DNA of 41,799 nt from Pseudomonadota bacterium (lineage in GTDB: Bacteria; Pseudomonadota; Alphaproteobacteria; Micavibrionales; UBA2020): positions 1 to 41,799 of the forward strand of contig JACQAA010000013.1 in assembly GCA_016195185.1 (NCBI GenBank), given 5' to 3'. Under the pieces are notes generated by a model. It saw only the letters and a program-made list of their open reading frames with translations, made no database searches and had not been told where the DNA came from. Position numbers and translations under genes: made by a program. Below, piece by piece: positions 30,070 to 41,005 of this stretch. Each line of letters opens with the position of its first letter. Position 1 is the stretch's first letter.

Positions 30070-30831
30070 TTGCAGGAATTGGTTGTTGGGAATATCTTTG
30101 CCTTTCTGCTCATTTTCATGCGCTTTGGCACCGCGCTGATGATCATGCCAGGTATCGGGGCTACGTTTGTCCCTGCCCAGATCCGTTTGTTGTTTGCGTT
30201 AGCGCTTAGTTTTGTCCTGACTCCCGTTCTTGCACCGCATTTGCCAACCATCCCGGAGAATACCAGCGCGTTTCTGGCGCTTCTTATCTCCGAGGCGGTC
30301 ATTGGCTTTTTTATTGGGACGGTAATGCGGATTCTGGTGTCGGCGCTGGATACGGCCGGGACGATTGTCTCAATCCAGGCTGGGTTTTCGAATGCCACTT
30401 TGTTTAATCCCGCCGCGGATGCTCAGGGGTCAATCATGAGTGCGGTTTATTCGTCGCTGGGGGTAACGATTATGCTGGCCGCTGATCTGCATCATCAGAT
30501 GTTGGCGGTGGTGGTAGACAGTTACCAGTTGTATCCTGCCAACGGTGTACTGTTAGACATGGACACGGCTTCGGACACTATTGGTAAGATAGCTGCTGTG
30601 GCCTTTAAAATTGGCACGCAGATTGCTATCCCCTTTCTGATCGTTGGTACGTTGGTACAGATGGGGTTTGGCGTGTTAGGGCGGTTGCTGCCGCAGGTCC
30701 AGGTCTTTTTCCTGGCCATGCCGGCGCAGATTTTTCTGAGCATGCTGATACTGGTGCTGACTTTGACCGCTGGCATCGTTTACTGGCTGAACGGATACGA
30801 AACTATTCTGTCCCAAGCCTTGGTTCCTTAA
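30070..30831 (+). CDS. fliR: Flagellar export protein FliR (start uncertain)
   Basis: FLLIFMRFG....MPGIG, EAVIGFFIG, GRLLPQVQVFFLAMP; upstream of flhB. Start may be TTG 30070 or further upstream. Confidence 0.94.
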   Translation: MQELVVGNIFAFLLIFMRFGTALMIMPGIGATFVPAQIRLLFALALSFVLTPVLAPHLPTIPENTSAFLALLISEAVIGFFIGTVMRILVSALDTAGTIVSIQAGFSNATLFNPAADAQGSIMSAVYSSLGVTIMLAADLHHQMLAVVVDSYQLYPANGVLLDMDTASDTIGKIAAVAFKIGTQIAIPFLIVGTLVQMGFGVLGRLLPQVQVFFLAMPAQIFLSMLILVLTLTAGIVYWLNGYETILSQALVP

Positions 30832-30843
30832 CGGTGAGTTGAA

Positions 30844-31920
30844 GTGGCCGACGAAGAGACAACAGACGAGAGTCAGAAGACAGAAGACCCAACAGCCAGA
30901 AGGCTGGAGGAGGCTCACGAACGTGGGCAGGTCGTTAATAGCCGGGAAGTCAATAATTGGGTGATCTTATTCACAGCCACCATTGTGGTGGCGATGGGTG
31001 GTCCAGGCATCATGTCCGACATCCAAAACCTGTTTAAGAATTTTTTGGAGCAAGCCTATGCTATTCCCATGGATTCGGTGGGATTGGGGCGCGTTCTGAA
31101 GCTCCTCTTCCTGCGCATTGGCGGCGATATTATTCTGCCCTTGCTTTTGCTGTCGTTTGCGGGGGCGTTTTCAGGATTTATGCAGACGGGGCCGCTTTTT
31201 ACCCTGGAGCCTCTACGTCCAGACTTGTCAAAAATATCTATTTTTCAGGGCTTCGGGCGGCTTTTTTCTAAGCGTTCGCTTATGGAGCTGGGAAAGGGGT
31301 TAATCAAAATTGCTTTGGTGACAATCGCAGCCGTCATGGCGCTGCAGCCATATTTTGATAACGTAGAACATTTTGTCGGTCTCGATTTTTCCCAGGCGTT
31401 GTTTGAGCTGAAAGCATTGTTTCTGAGGATGATGATCGCCGTCCTGAGCATATTATTTATTCTGGCTGTTCTCGATTATATTTTCCAGCGGTCTGAATTC
31501 ATGAAGACCATGCGCATGAGTAAACAGGAAATAAGGGAAGAACACAAGCAGACCGAAGGTGACCCGCATGTCAAGAGCAAGCTGCGCCAGCTGCGTGAAC
31601 AGAAAGCCCGCCAGCGCATGATGCAGGCTGTTCCGACCGCTGATGTTGTCATCACCAACCCGACGCACTACGCCGTCGCCCTAAAGTATAATTCGCTGGA
31701 GATGGATGCCCCCACTATGGTTGCCAAGGGCATTGATAGTCTGGCGGAAAGAATCAAAGCGGTTGCCAAAGAACACAATATACCCGTCGTTGAAAATGCT
31801 ACGTTGTCGCGCGCTCTCTACTCTTCCATGGAGATTGACCAGACTATCCCGCGGGAACATTATAAGGCGGTCGCTGAAGTAATCTCCTATGTATTCAAAT
31901 TGAAAGGGCGCCGGACCTAA
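30844..31920 (+). CDS. flhB: Flagellar export switch protein FlhB
   Basis: KTEDPT, EGDPHVK, autocleavage motif ITNPTHYAVAL. Confidence 0.98.
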   Translation: MADEETTDESQKTEDPTARRLEEAHERGQVVNSREVNNWVILFTATIVVAMGGPGIMSDIQNLFKNFLEQAYAIPMDSVGLGRVLKLLFLRIGGDIILPLLLLSFAGAFSGFMQTGPLFTLEPLRPDLSKISIFQGFGRLFSKRSLMELGKGLIKIALVTIAAVMALQPYFDNVEHFVGLDFSQALFELKALFLRMMIAVLSILFILAVLDYIFQRSEFMKTMRMSKQEIREEHKQTEGDPHVKSKLRQLREQKARQRMMQAVPTADVVITNPTHYAVALKYNSLEMDAPTMVAKGIDSLAERIKAVAKEHNIPVVENATLSRALYSSMEIDQTIPREHYKAVAEVISYVFKLKGRRT

Positions 31921-31922
31921 TC

Positions 31923-34082
31923 GTGACTATGCCCCCTTCAAACTCCGGATTTTTTCTAGACAAGCCGCCTGAAGGGCAAAAATCTCTTTTAATGCGTCGC
32001 AACAGCAAGGCGCTCATCTTGTTTTTCCTGAGCGCCGCCTATGGGTTATTTATTTATTTCATTCTTGATATTGGGCTCCGAGGACATCAGAACGTGTCCA
32101 TGTTCGTGTTGTATGTCTATGGACTGGTGGGTGGGTTTGGATTCTTACTGCTTAACCAATTCTATACGGGAGTTGACCGCAGCCGAAAAATTCTGATTGA
32201 GGTGCTGGAAAAAAGTGCGGAAGCCAGAGTGATAACCGACCCAGACGGAAATACGATCTATGCCAATCCACGTTTCAGTAAACTGGTGAGCGGGGCAGAA
32301 AATCCCCCCCTCTTTAGTTTTGCGAGAATGTTTGAAGACCCTCGGTCTGTTGAGAAGGATCTGGAAGAGCTGCGGCGTCGGGCGCTGCCGGCTGGGGCGG
32401 CTATGACAGAATTTCAAACTAACGTCAGGGGAAGGTCTCTGTGGTTCCAGGTAACATGTCAGCATATCATCGGGTGGCCCGGCTTTATCCACTGGCGCTT
32501 TGAGGATATTACTCACCGCCACCAAATGGAAGCTGCTATACGCGCCGAACGGGAAAAACTCCGGGATTTCATGGATAATGCACCGGTCGGATTTTTCTCT
32601 GTTGATGAAGGGGGAAAATTTCTCTTTGCCAATGAGATGTTGCTGCGTCTTTTAGGCACCGACTTTCAGACGCTGGTTGGGAAGGGAACCCTTCATGATT
32701 TTCTGGTTTCTCCGCCACAGAATGCCAGACCGTATGACTTTTTTGATACCGGTGGTTTGCATCAGCGTGGTGAGTTGCTCATGAGGGGGTCCGGAGAGCG
32801 TGTATTTAAGGCGGCGGTTACGCACTCCATTGCCGAATCTGAAGAAGGCGTAATTATTTCGCGTTCAGTCGTTTATGATCTCACGGCACATGCTGGATGA
32901 TCAGAGAGTGGTCAGTGATGCCAACCAGGCGCTTGCCCACATGTTGCATCTGCCGGTTCGAGTCATTAACGGTCAACCCCTAGTGTCGCATATCAGTGAA
33001 GAATCGCACAAGCGTGTGGAAGATTGGTTGCGGCGGCTTTCCAATGGGGAAGCGGTTGAGCCGTTCATTGAGGTTCCCTTGAAAGGGATGTATGGCACTG
33101 TGACGCAGCTGTATGCGCGCAAATTTAAGGGTAGCAATAACTTTGTGCTGCATTTTATCGATTTGACAGAGCAGAAAAATCTGGAGAAACAGTTCACTCA
33201 ATCGCAGAAAATGCAGGCAGTGGGGCAGTTGGCCGGCGGTATTGCGCATGACTTTAACAACCTTTTGACGGCAATGATAGGCTTTGCGGATTTGCTGTTG
33301 TTGCGTCACAAGCCGGGGGACCCTTCTTTCGCGGATATCATGCAGATCAAGCAAAACGCCAATCGTGCCGCTAATTTGGTGCGTCAGCTGCTGGCCTTTT
33401 CACGCCAACAGACCCTGCAGCCGCGTGTTTTAGACTTGGCAGATGTCCTTACCGAACTTTCTCACCTGTTGCGGCGGTTGATCGGATCGAATATTGATCT
33501 GCGTATATTGCACGGCAGCGATGTCGGTTTGATCAAGGCGGATCAGGGGCAGATGGAACAAGTCCTGATTAATCTGGTTGTCAATGCGCGTGATGCCATG
33601 CCACAAGGCGGGAAACTGGTGATCAGTACTGACAGATTTGTCAACTTGACTGGTCTAAAGTTGAACAGTGAGGAAACGCTGCCACCCGGAGAGTGGGTGA
33701 CTATCTCCATTGAAGACACGGGGGTCGGGATAAAGCCCGAGATTCTGCCGCGGATATTTGAACCTTTCTTTACCACCAAGGATATTGGCGCCGGCACAGG
33801 CCTTGGTCTTGCCACGGCTCATGGTATCATCCATCAGACAGGCGGATTCATAACAGTTAAATCCGTACTGGGAAAGGGTACGACGTTCAACCTTTATCTA
33901 TGGATGGCACGATGTTAGCCAAGATTGTCCGGGAAAAATACCCAGAAATAAAAATCATCTTTATTTCTGGGTATGCGGAAGATCGTTTCAAGGAGCATCT
34001 TGGCGCCAATGTTTACTTTCTGCCCAAACCTTTCACTCTTAAGCAATTGGCAATGAAGGTAAAGGAAGTGATTGAGAGTTAG
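31923..34082 (+). pseudogene. cckA: Cell-cycle hybrid histidine kinase CckA, split into three frames by two internal deletions
   Basis: 2 TM helices + PAS domains (31923-32888); PAS, HisKA VGQLAGGIAHDFNNLL and HATPase [24 protein letters not shown] (32890-33899); receiver C-half MDG..LAK......IIFISGYAED (33900-34082); conserved position after flhB. Confidence 0.88.
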
Positions 34083-34158
34083 CCAAAAGATATGAGTCAA
34101 TGGGGATTATCCTGGTTGGCGTATAACCCGGTTGTCGTTAGTGTGTTGTTTGACGCCT

Positions 34159-35297
34159 CTATTGTAGCTTCTTTATCACTTTGCGGTAGCGCTCCAGAAT
34201 GTGCTCTTCTCGTTTGTGATGACGGTTGCGTACGACCCATCGCCCGCCGACCATGACGTCCTTGACTGGATTTTCATTGGAGGCGAAAATCGCGGCGTCC
34301 AGAACATGATCGCGGACTTTTTCTGCCATAAAGGGTAGGTTCGTATCCAGCACCAGAAAATCAGCACGGTGGCCGATCTCGATTCTGCCGATTCTCCGGC
34401 CCAGCGCCCGGGCTCCGCCGGAAACAGACTGTTCAAACAGAGAGGCGCCGACAGAAGGGTTGTCGGGTTGCTTGATCAGAGTGCGCTCGCGGTGCATCAG
34501 GCGCTGCACGTATTCCAACCAGCGTAATTCCTCCATGACGCTCACAGAAATGTGGCTGTCGGAACCGATGCCGAAGGTGCCGCCGGCATTAAAAAACTTT
34601 ACCAGTGGAAAAATACCATCGCCAAGACTAGCTTCCGTCGTTGGGCACAGGCCGGCTACAATACCAGAGGCGGCGAGTGATATGATTTCTCCTTCAGTCA
34701 TATGGGTGCAATGCACGAAGGTCCAGTTCTGATCGACATCTCCGCTTTGCAGCAGCCATTCAACGGGTCTTTTCTTTGACCAAGCCAGGCATCCCTCCCG
34801 CTGTAGGCATAGAGCACTGGCATATGCGTCAGTGCGATACCGGTTTCCAGCGCGGCCTTGATAATCTGCCGGGATAAAATAGCGCGGTCCGCATAAGGTG
34901 TTCCGCCAGGCTGGTGGTGAATATAGTGAAATTCCCCCACGGTCGTGTAGCCAGCCTTCAGCATTTCGACGTAGACTTGCGCTGCCAAGGCCTCCATATC
35001 TTCCGGGCCGATATGAGAAAGGAAACGATACATCGTTTCGCGCCAGCTCCAAAAGTTATCCTTCTTGCCGCTGGCACGTTCGGTTAATCCGGCGATTGCC
35101 CGCTGAAAGGCGTGAGAATGCACATTGGGCATGCCAGCTATTACCGGCCCGGCGACAAATTCAGCATCCGCGTTTCCGTGTTGGGGGGATTTGAAGCTGT
35201 CGACACCGATGATCCAGCCGTCCTTATCATATTCGATCAGGACGTTATCTGCCCAGCCGTCCGGCAAAAGCGCAGTTTGCGCAAAAATCGTTGTCAT
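34159..35297 (-). pseudogene. hutF: Formimidoylglutamate deiminase, split by an internal deletion near 34798
   Basis: N-part ALLPDGW, MPNVHSHAFQRA, EMLKAGYTTVGEFHY...LYAYSG; C-part in another frame EGCLAWS..RPVEWL, CPTTEASLGDG, GSDSH. Confidence 0.9.
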
Positions 35298-35350
35298 GTC
35301 GGAACACCCCCTCTATAAATAGTAAAGCACAGCTTCAAAAAGGCAATCCT

Positions 35351-36616
35351 ATGTTTGACAGCCTCTGGGTAAATGTTCACGCGGCGACGATGGCTGAAGC
35401 GGGAAGTCCTGGCATTATCAAAAACGCAGCGATTGGTATTCAGGATAAAAAAATTGCCTGGATTGGGCCGCAGAAGGAGATGCCACAAAAACCGGAACCT
35501 CTTTCTGAACATGTACACGACGGCGGGGGGAGGTGGGCTACGCCCGGTCTGATTGATTGTCACACACATCTGATTTATGAAGGTGATCGCGTACATGAAT
35601 TTGAGCAACGCCTGCAGGGTCTTACGTACGAGGAGATCGCCAAAGCTGGCGGGGGGATCATGTCCACCGTTAAATCTACGCGCACCGCTAGCGGGCAACA
35701 GCTTTATGACTCGGCGCTGGTGCGCATTCAAGCTCTTCTACGCGAAGGTGTTACTACTATCGAAATAAAATCCGGCTATGGATTAGATGTGGCAACTGAA
35801 GAAAAAATATTACGTGTAGCCACGGACATACATGATACTTCGGGGCTACGTATCCAACGCAGTTTCCTGGGCGCCCATGCCGTGCCGCCGGAATATGCCG
35901 GCCGCCCAGATGATTACATCAATTTTGTTTGTCAGGACATGCTACCTGCGCTCCACCAGAAGCATCTGGTCGATTGCGTTGATGGATTTTGTGAGAATAT
36001 CGGCTTTACCCGTACGCATATTGAAAAAGTTTTTAAAAGGGCCAAAGAGTTGGGGTTGCCGGTCAAATTACACGCTGAACAATTATCTAACCAGCGAGGT
36101 GCCGCGTTGGTCGCGCAATATGGGGGCCTGTCAGCTGACCACGTGGAATATCTTGATGAGGCGGGGGTTAAGGCTATGGCTAAAGCTGGGACAGTTGCCG
36201 TTCTTTTGCCTGGCGCTTTTTATTTCCTGCGCGAAAAACAGCTGCCGCCGGTGGATTTATTCAGGCAATATAAAGTGCCAATGGCTATTGCCACGGATCA
36301 CAACCCCGGCACTTCGCCGACACTTTCTCTTCTATTGATGCTGAATATGGCCTGTACTTTGTTTCGTTTAACTCCGGAAGAGGCGCTGGCGGGGGTGACT
36401 CGTCATGCGGCGCGAGCTCTTGGTTATCAAGATATTTGCGGTACGCTGGAACGAGGCAAGGCTGCTGACTTCGCGCTCTGGGACATCACGCACCCACGTG
36501 ATCTCTGCTATTATTTTGGCCGCAATCCATGTATGGGAGTGGTGAGGGCGGGATGTCTCTGTGACTTCGAGAGCAGCCCACCACTATTCTTCGAGCAACG
36601 CCAGGCGGTATTTTGA
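35351..36616 (+). CDS. hutI: Imidazolonepropionase
   Basis: PGLIDCHTHL, GGGIMSTV, EIKSGYGL, KLHAEQL, ATDHNPGTSP. Confidence 0.97.
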   Translation: MFDSLWVNVHAATMAEAGSPGIIKNAAIGIQDKKIAWIGPQKEMPQKPEPLSEHVHDGGGRWATPGLIDCHTHLIYEGDRVHEFEQRLQGLTYEEIAKAGGGIMSTVKSTRTASGQQLYDSALVRIQALLREGVTTIEIKSGYGLDVATEEKILRVATDIHDTSGLRIQRSFLGAHAVPPEYAGRPDDYINFVCQDMLPALHQKHLVDCVDGFCENIGFTRTHIEKVFKRAKELGLPVKLHAEQLSNQRGAALVAQYGGLSADHVEYLDEAGVKAMAKAGTVAVLLPGAFYFLREKQLPPVDLFRQYKVPMAIATDHNPGTSPTLSLLLMLNMACTLFRLTPEEALAGVTRHAARALGYQDICGTLERGKAADFALWDITHPRDLCYYFGRNPCMGVVRAGCLCDFESSPPLFFEQRQAVF

Positions 36617-36862
36617 AACCTTACTGTCTTTTGTCAGGACGCGTCTGACCACCCAGATCTGAATGGCAATGATCACAAAAGCGCCCAAAAAGACGCTGAG
36701 CGATGTAACAAGATGGATGTCCAGTTTCAGCAGGGCGCCCACAAATCCCACCAATATGCCCAGGATAATGCCTCCCAACATTCCAAACACGACGTATCTC
36801 CAGAAGACATGCCACCAGACTCTGAAGGCCAGGCCCCATGGGATTTCTTTACAGATATTCAT
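36584..36862 (-). CDS. Small two-TM membrane protein, hypothetical
   Basis: 92 aa, WGLAFRVWWHVFWR followed by two long hydrophobic segments; starts 1 nt after the hutG stop. Confidence 0.7.
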   Translation of the reverse strand: MNICKEIPWGLAFRVWWHVFWRYVVFGMLGGIILGILVGFVGALLKLDIHLVTSLSVFLGAFVIIAIQIWVVRRVLTKDSKVSKYRLALLEE

Positions 36863-36863
36863 C

Positions 36864-37775
36864 TTATTTTCTCTTTCTGCCCCAATCCAATAGGGCGGTT
36901 AAAACATTCTTTAAAACACCCTGTAGTTTTTCTGCTTTTGCTCCATCATACTGATAAGGATAGTTTTCGTCCATGTAATTGATTTGCGCCAGCTCCGTTT
37001 GCAAGGCATGAATATTGTGCTGTGGTTGCCCGTAATGGCGCGTGATATATCCGCCGATAAAGCGCCCGTTCACCACCGACGAATAACCGTGACCGGAGGT
37101 AGCTTTATATGCCGCCTCCACCATCGCTGGAGCGCAGGAAGTTCCATGGGCTGACCCCAGGGTTAGGTCAGGTAACTGGCCGCTGAACAGACGCGGTACA
37201 ACCGATTTTATTGAATGTGCATCATATAAAATAGCATAGCCAAACTCCTGTTTGATACGCTGCAACTCGGCTGCCAGTGTTTCATGGTAGGGAACCCAGT
37301 AGGCGGTGACGCGATTGAGTTTCTCAATGGCATTGGGCTCTTCCCCGGCCTTGTAGATCTTCTCCCCGGCAAATGTTTCCAGTGGGCAGAGCCCTGTTTT
37401 CACGTACTGAGGCAAAGGCTCCTGCGGGGTGGTTTTTTGGCCGCCTTTAAGCCAACTTTTATCCAGGTCGAGTTCCAGCGCGCCTTGTAACTTGGGCGCG
37501 GCGGCCGGCTCTGCTTTTTCCTGTCCCGGATAGAGATGGCTATCATCGGGTGGGCGGTTAAGGTCGACTACGTAGCGTGAATGAGCGGACATCAGAAGGC
37601 TCGCGCCCATATCCACGGCGAACCAGTAAAGTTTATCCAAACTCCAGTCGGTATCGGGGAGTTTGAGTGCGGCGTCGGTCATGCGGCCTTTAATATCGGG
37701 GGGCAGAAATGTTCCCATATGCGGAATGCTGATCAACAGGGGGGTTGGGCCGCGGATAAGCCTTCTTATTTGCAT
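36864..37775 (-). CDS. hutG: N-formylglutamate deformylase/amidohydrolase with a ~39-aa internal insertion
   Basis: [57 protein letters not shown]. Confidence 0.93.
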   Translation of the reverse strand: MQIRRLIRGPTPLLISIPHMGTFLPPDIKGRMTDAALKLPDTDWSLDKLYWFAVDMGASLLMSAHSRYVVDLNRPPDDSHLYPGQEKAEPAAAPKLQGALELDLDKSWLKGGQKTTPQEPLPQYVKTGLCPLETFAGEKIYKAGEEPNAIEKLNRVTAYWVPYHETLAAELQRIKQEFGYAILYDAHSIKSVVPRLFSGQLPDLTLGSAHGTSCAPAMVEAAYKATSGHGYSSVVNGRFIGGYITRHYGQPQHNIHALQTELAQINYMDENYPYQYDGAKAEKLQGVLKNVLTALLDWGRKRK

Positions 37776-39301
37776 GTAAATAATCCTTGGGGCATGAATT
37801 CACTGAATATGCCGTCTTCGACCATGGCAGTTGCGACGCGGATATCCGGTGCGAAATAGTGGTCCTCAGAGTAATGGCTAACCCGTTCACGGACCACCTT
37901 AATTGCCTGTTGCAGCAGCTTGGATGTTTTTAGTGGTTTATGAAATTCTACGCCCTGGGTTGCCGCCAGCAGCTCCACACCGATGATAGTGGCTGTGTTA
38001 GCGGCCATATCACCCAGACGTCGTGCCGCAAAAGTTGCCATGCTGACATGATCTTCCTGATTAGCGGAGGTGGGTAGACTATCGACGCTGGCCGGATGTG
38101 CGAGAGATTTATTTTCGCTTGCCAGCGCTGCTGTTGTTACATGGGCGATCATGAAGCCGGAATTGATCCCTGCATCCTGCACCAGAAAGGGCGGCAAGCC
38201 GCTGATGGTGTGATCAATCAGCATGGCAATACGTCGCTCGCTCATAGAGCCGATTTCCGCAATGGCCAGCGCCAGTGTATCCGCAGCCATCGCGATCGGT
38301 TCGGCGTGAAAATTCCCGCCAGATTTTATGTCCCCCGTTTTAGGGAACACCAGCGGATTATCCGTGACGGCATTAGCCTCGCGCCAGAAAATATCTGCAG
38401 CAAAACGGATATGGTCAAGACAGGCGCCCATCACCTGAGGCTGGCAGCGCAGCGAGTAGGGATCCTGTACCTTAGGGTCATGCTCATGTTTATGAGATGC
38501 GCGGATCTCACTACCCTTCAGAAGCTCGAGATAGACTTTGGCAATATCCATTTGTCCCCGCTGACGGCGCACCCTTTGTATCTCAGGATCGAAAGGGGTT
38601 GTGCTGCCTTTAGCCGCGTCAACAGAAAGGGCGCCGGCAACCATCGCTGCTGCGAAGCAATCGTGGGTGGCAAATAGACCCATCAGCGCCAGCGCTGTGG
38701 AGACTTGCGTGCCATTGAGAAGTGCCAGCCCTTCCTTTGGCGCCAGTTTCAGAGGCTGTAACCCATGCTTCTTCAGTTCAGACTTGGCGTTTTTAATCTC
38801 ACCTCTGATCCGTACTTGCCCTGCGCCCAGCAGAGGCAAACTCAAATGCGCCAGCGGCGCTAGGTCTCCCGACGCGCCAACCGAACCTTTCTCGGGGATA
38901 CAGGGGTAAATTTGTTTGTTATAGAGCGTGACCAGAAATTCAATAATTTCACGGCGCACACCGGAATATCCTTGCGCCAACGCGTTAATTTTCAGCAGCA
39001 GGATCAAGCGTACGGTGTTATCGCTAAGGAATTTCCCCACGCCGGTTGCATGCGAGAGCACGATATTGCGTTGTAGGGTCTCAAATTTATCCTCGGTGAT
39101 ACGCACCTTGGCTAGGGCACCGAAGCCGGTATTGATGCTGTATACAACGCGGCCCTCATCAATGATATCATCGATTGTTTTTTTGCTGGCATCAATTGCG
39201 GTATAGGCGGTTTTCGACAATGCAATCGGTGTGTGTTGTCGTGCGATGGCACGCAGGTCATGCAGGGAAAGGGTGCCCGGCCTTAGGGCGAATTTTTTCA
39301 T
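37766..39301 (-). CDS. hutH: Histidine ammonia-lyase
   Basis: MIO-forming [51 protein letters not shown]. Confidence 0.98.
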   Translation of the reverse strand: MKKFALRPGTLSLHDLRAIARQHTPIALSKTAYTAIDASKKTIDDIIDEGRVVYSINTGFGALAKVRITEDKFETLQRNIVLSHATGVGKFLSDNTVRLILLLKINALAQGYSGVRREIIEFLVTLYNKQIYPCIPEKGSVGASGDLAPLAHLSLPLLGAGQVRIRGEIKNAKSELKKHGLQPLKLAPKEGLALLNGTQVSTALALMGLFATHDCFAAAMVAGALSVDAAKGSTTPFDPEIQRVRRQRGQMDIAKVYLELLKGSEIRASHKHEHDPKVQDPYSLRCQPQVMGACLDHIRFAADIFWREANAVTDNPLVFPKTGDIKSGGNFHAEPIAMAADTLALAIAEIGSMSERRIAMLIDHTISGLPPFLVQDAGINSGFMIAHVTTAALASENKSLAHPASVDSLPTSANQEDHVSMATFAARRLGDMAANTATIIGVELLAATQGVEFHKPLKTSKLLQQAIKVVRERVSHYSEDHYFAPDIRVATAMVEDGIFSEFMPQGLFTCK

Positions 39302-40995
39302 GTTACGCCTGTCAGCATGGGGAGGTTGAGGTGATGTTCTTCGGCGCAGGCAAGGGCCTTCTCATAGCCTGCATCTGCATGGCGCATCACCCCTGTGGCT
39401 GGATCATTCATTAAAACACGTTCAAGACGCCTTGCCGCTTCCTTGCTGCCGTCGGCGACAATCACCATGCCGGCATGCTGCGAAAACCCCATACCGACGC
39501 CGCCGCCGTGATGGAGCGATACCCAGGTCGCCCCACTGGCGCAATTTAATAGTGCATTCAGCAGCGGCCAGTCAGACACGGCATCAGAGCCATCTTTCAT
39601 ACTCTCGGTTTCACGGTTGGGGCTGGCGACGGAGCCGCTATCGAGATGATCTCTGCCAATCACGATGGGCGCTTTCAGTTCGCCGCTGGCTACCATCTCG
39701 TTGAAGGAAAGGCCGAGCCGAGCGCGGTCCCCGAGGCCGACCCAGCAAATCCGTGCCGGCAAACCCTGAAATTTGATGCGCTTGCGTGCCATGTCAAGCC
39801 AGTTATGCAGATGTTTGTTATCGGGCAGTAGCTCTTTTACTTTTTTGTCGGTTTTATAAATATCTTCCGGATCGCCAGACAATGCCACCCAGCGGAACGG
39901 CCCGATGCCGAGGCAGAACAGAGGTCGGATATAAGCCGGCACAAAGCCTGGAAATTCAAAGGCGTTCTTGACTCCGGTTTCCAGCGCCATCTGACGAATG
40001 TTGTTGCCGTAGTCGAAGGTTGGCACACCCATGTACCAGAAATCCAGCATGGCTTTGACGTGTATGGCGATTGATTCTTTAGCCGCTTTGATGACGCCAT
40101 CAGGATTGGTGCGGCGGTGTTCTTCGGCGTCTGCCCACGTCCAGCCTGCGGGCAGGTATCCGTTAAGAGGATCATGCGCGCTGGTCTGATCTGTGACGAC
40201 ATCGGGGCGATATTTTTTGTCTTGTACTGCTCGCTTGGCGAGTTCGGGGAAAATATCTGCCGCATTCCCAAGCAATCCAACCGATACCGCTTGCCCCTTT
40301 GCATCTGCATCGTGAATAATGTTGATCGCTTCATCAAGGGCTCCTGCCTTGCGGTCAAGATAACCCGTAGCCAGACGGCGCTCGATACGGCTGGCCTGAC
40401 ATTCGACACCGAGCAATGAGGCGCCGGCCATCGTTGCCGCCAGTGGCTGTGCGCCGCCCATACCGCCGAGCCCCCCGGTCAGAATCCATTTTCCCTTCAG
40501 GTTGCCGCCGAAATGCTGCCGGCCGACCCCGGCGAAAGTTTCGTAAGTACCCTGCACAATGCCCTGCGTACCGATATAAATCCAGGATCCCGCTGTCATC
40601 TGCCCGTACATCATCAGGCCTTTGGCATCGAGTTCGTGAAAAGTCTTCCACGTCGCCCAGTGCGGCACGAGATTGGAATTGGCGATCAGCACGCGCGGAG
40701 CATCGGCATGGGTTTTAAATACGCCAACGGGCTTTCCGGACTGTATGAGCAGGGTTTCATCCCCATTCATCTTTTTGAGAGTATCGACGATATGATCAAA
40801 GCACTCCCAGTTTCGTGCTGCCTTGCCGATGCCACCGTACACCACCAACTCATCAGGGTTTTCCGCGACATCAGGGTCAAGGTTATTCATCAGCATCCGC
40901 AGCGGCGCTTCGGTCAGCCATGATTTGGCCGCGAGCTTGGAGCCCTGCGCAGCGCGGATGATGCGTTTGTTGGCAAGGGCCGGCTGGGCTGTCAT
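39298..40995 (-). CDS. hutU: Urocanate hydratase
   Basis: [59 protein letters not shown]. Confidence 0.99.
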   Translation of the reverse strand: MTAQPALANKRIIRAAQGSKLAAKSWLTEAPLRMLMNNLDPDVAENPDELVVYGGIGKAARNWECFDHIVDTLKKMNGDETLLIQSGKPVGVFKTHADAPRVLIANSNLVPHWATWKTFHELDAKGLMMYGQMTAGSWIYIGTQGIVQGTYETFAGVGRQHFGGNLKGKWILTGGLGGMGGAQPLAATMAGASLLGVECQASRIERRLATGYLDRKAGALDEAINIIHDADAKGQAVSVGLLGNAADIFPELAKRAVQDKKYRPDVVTDQTSAHDPLNGYLPAGWTWADAEEHRRTNPDGVIKAAKESIAIHVKAMLDFWYMGVPTFDYGNNIRQMALETGVKNAFEFPGFVPAYIRPLFCLGIGPFRWVALSGDPEDIYKTDKKVKELLPDNKHLHNWLDMARKRIKFQGLPARICWVGLGDRARLGLSFNEMVASGELKAPIVIGRDHLDSGSVASPNRETESMKDGSDAVSDWPLLNALLNCASGATWVSLHHGGGVGMGFSQHAGMVIVADGSKEAARRLERVLMNDPATGVMRHADAGYEKALACAEEHHLNLPMLTGVT

Positions 40996-41005
40996 CAGGT
41001 ATCCT

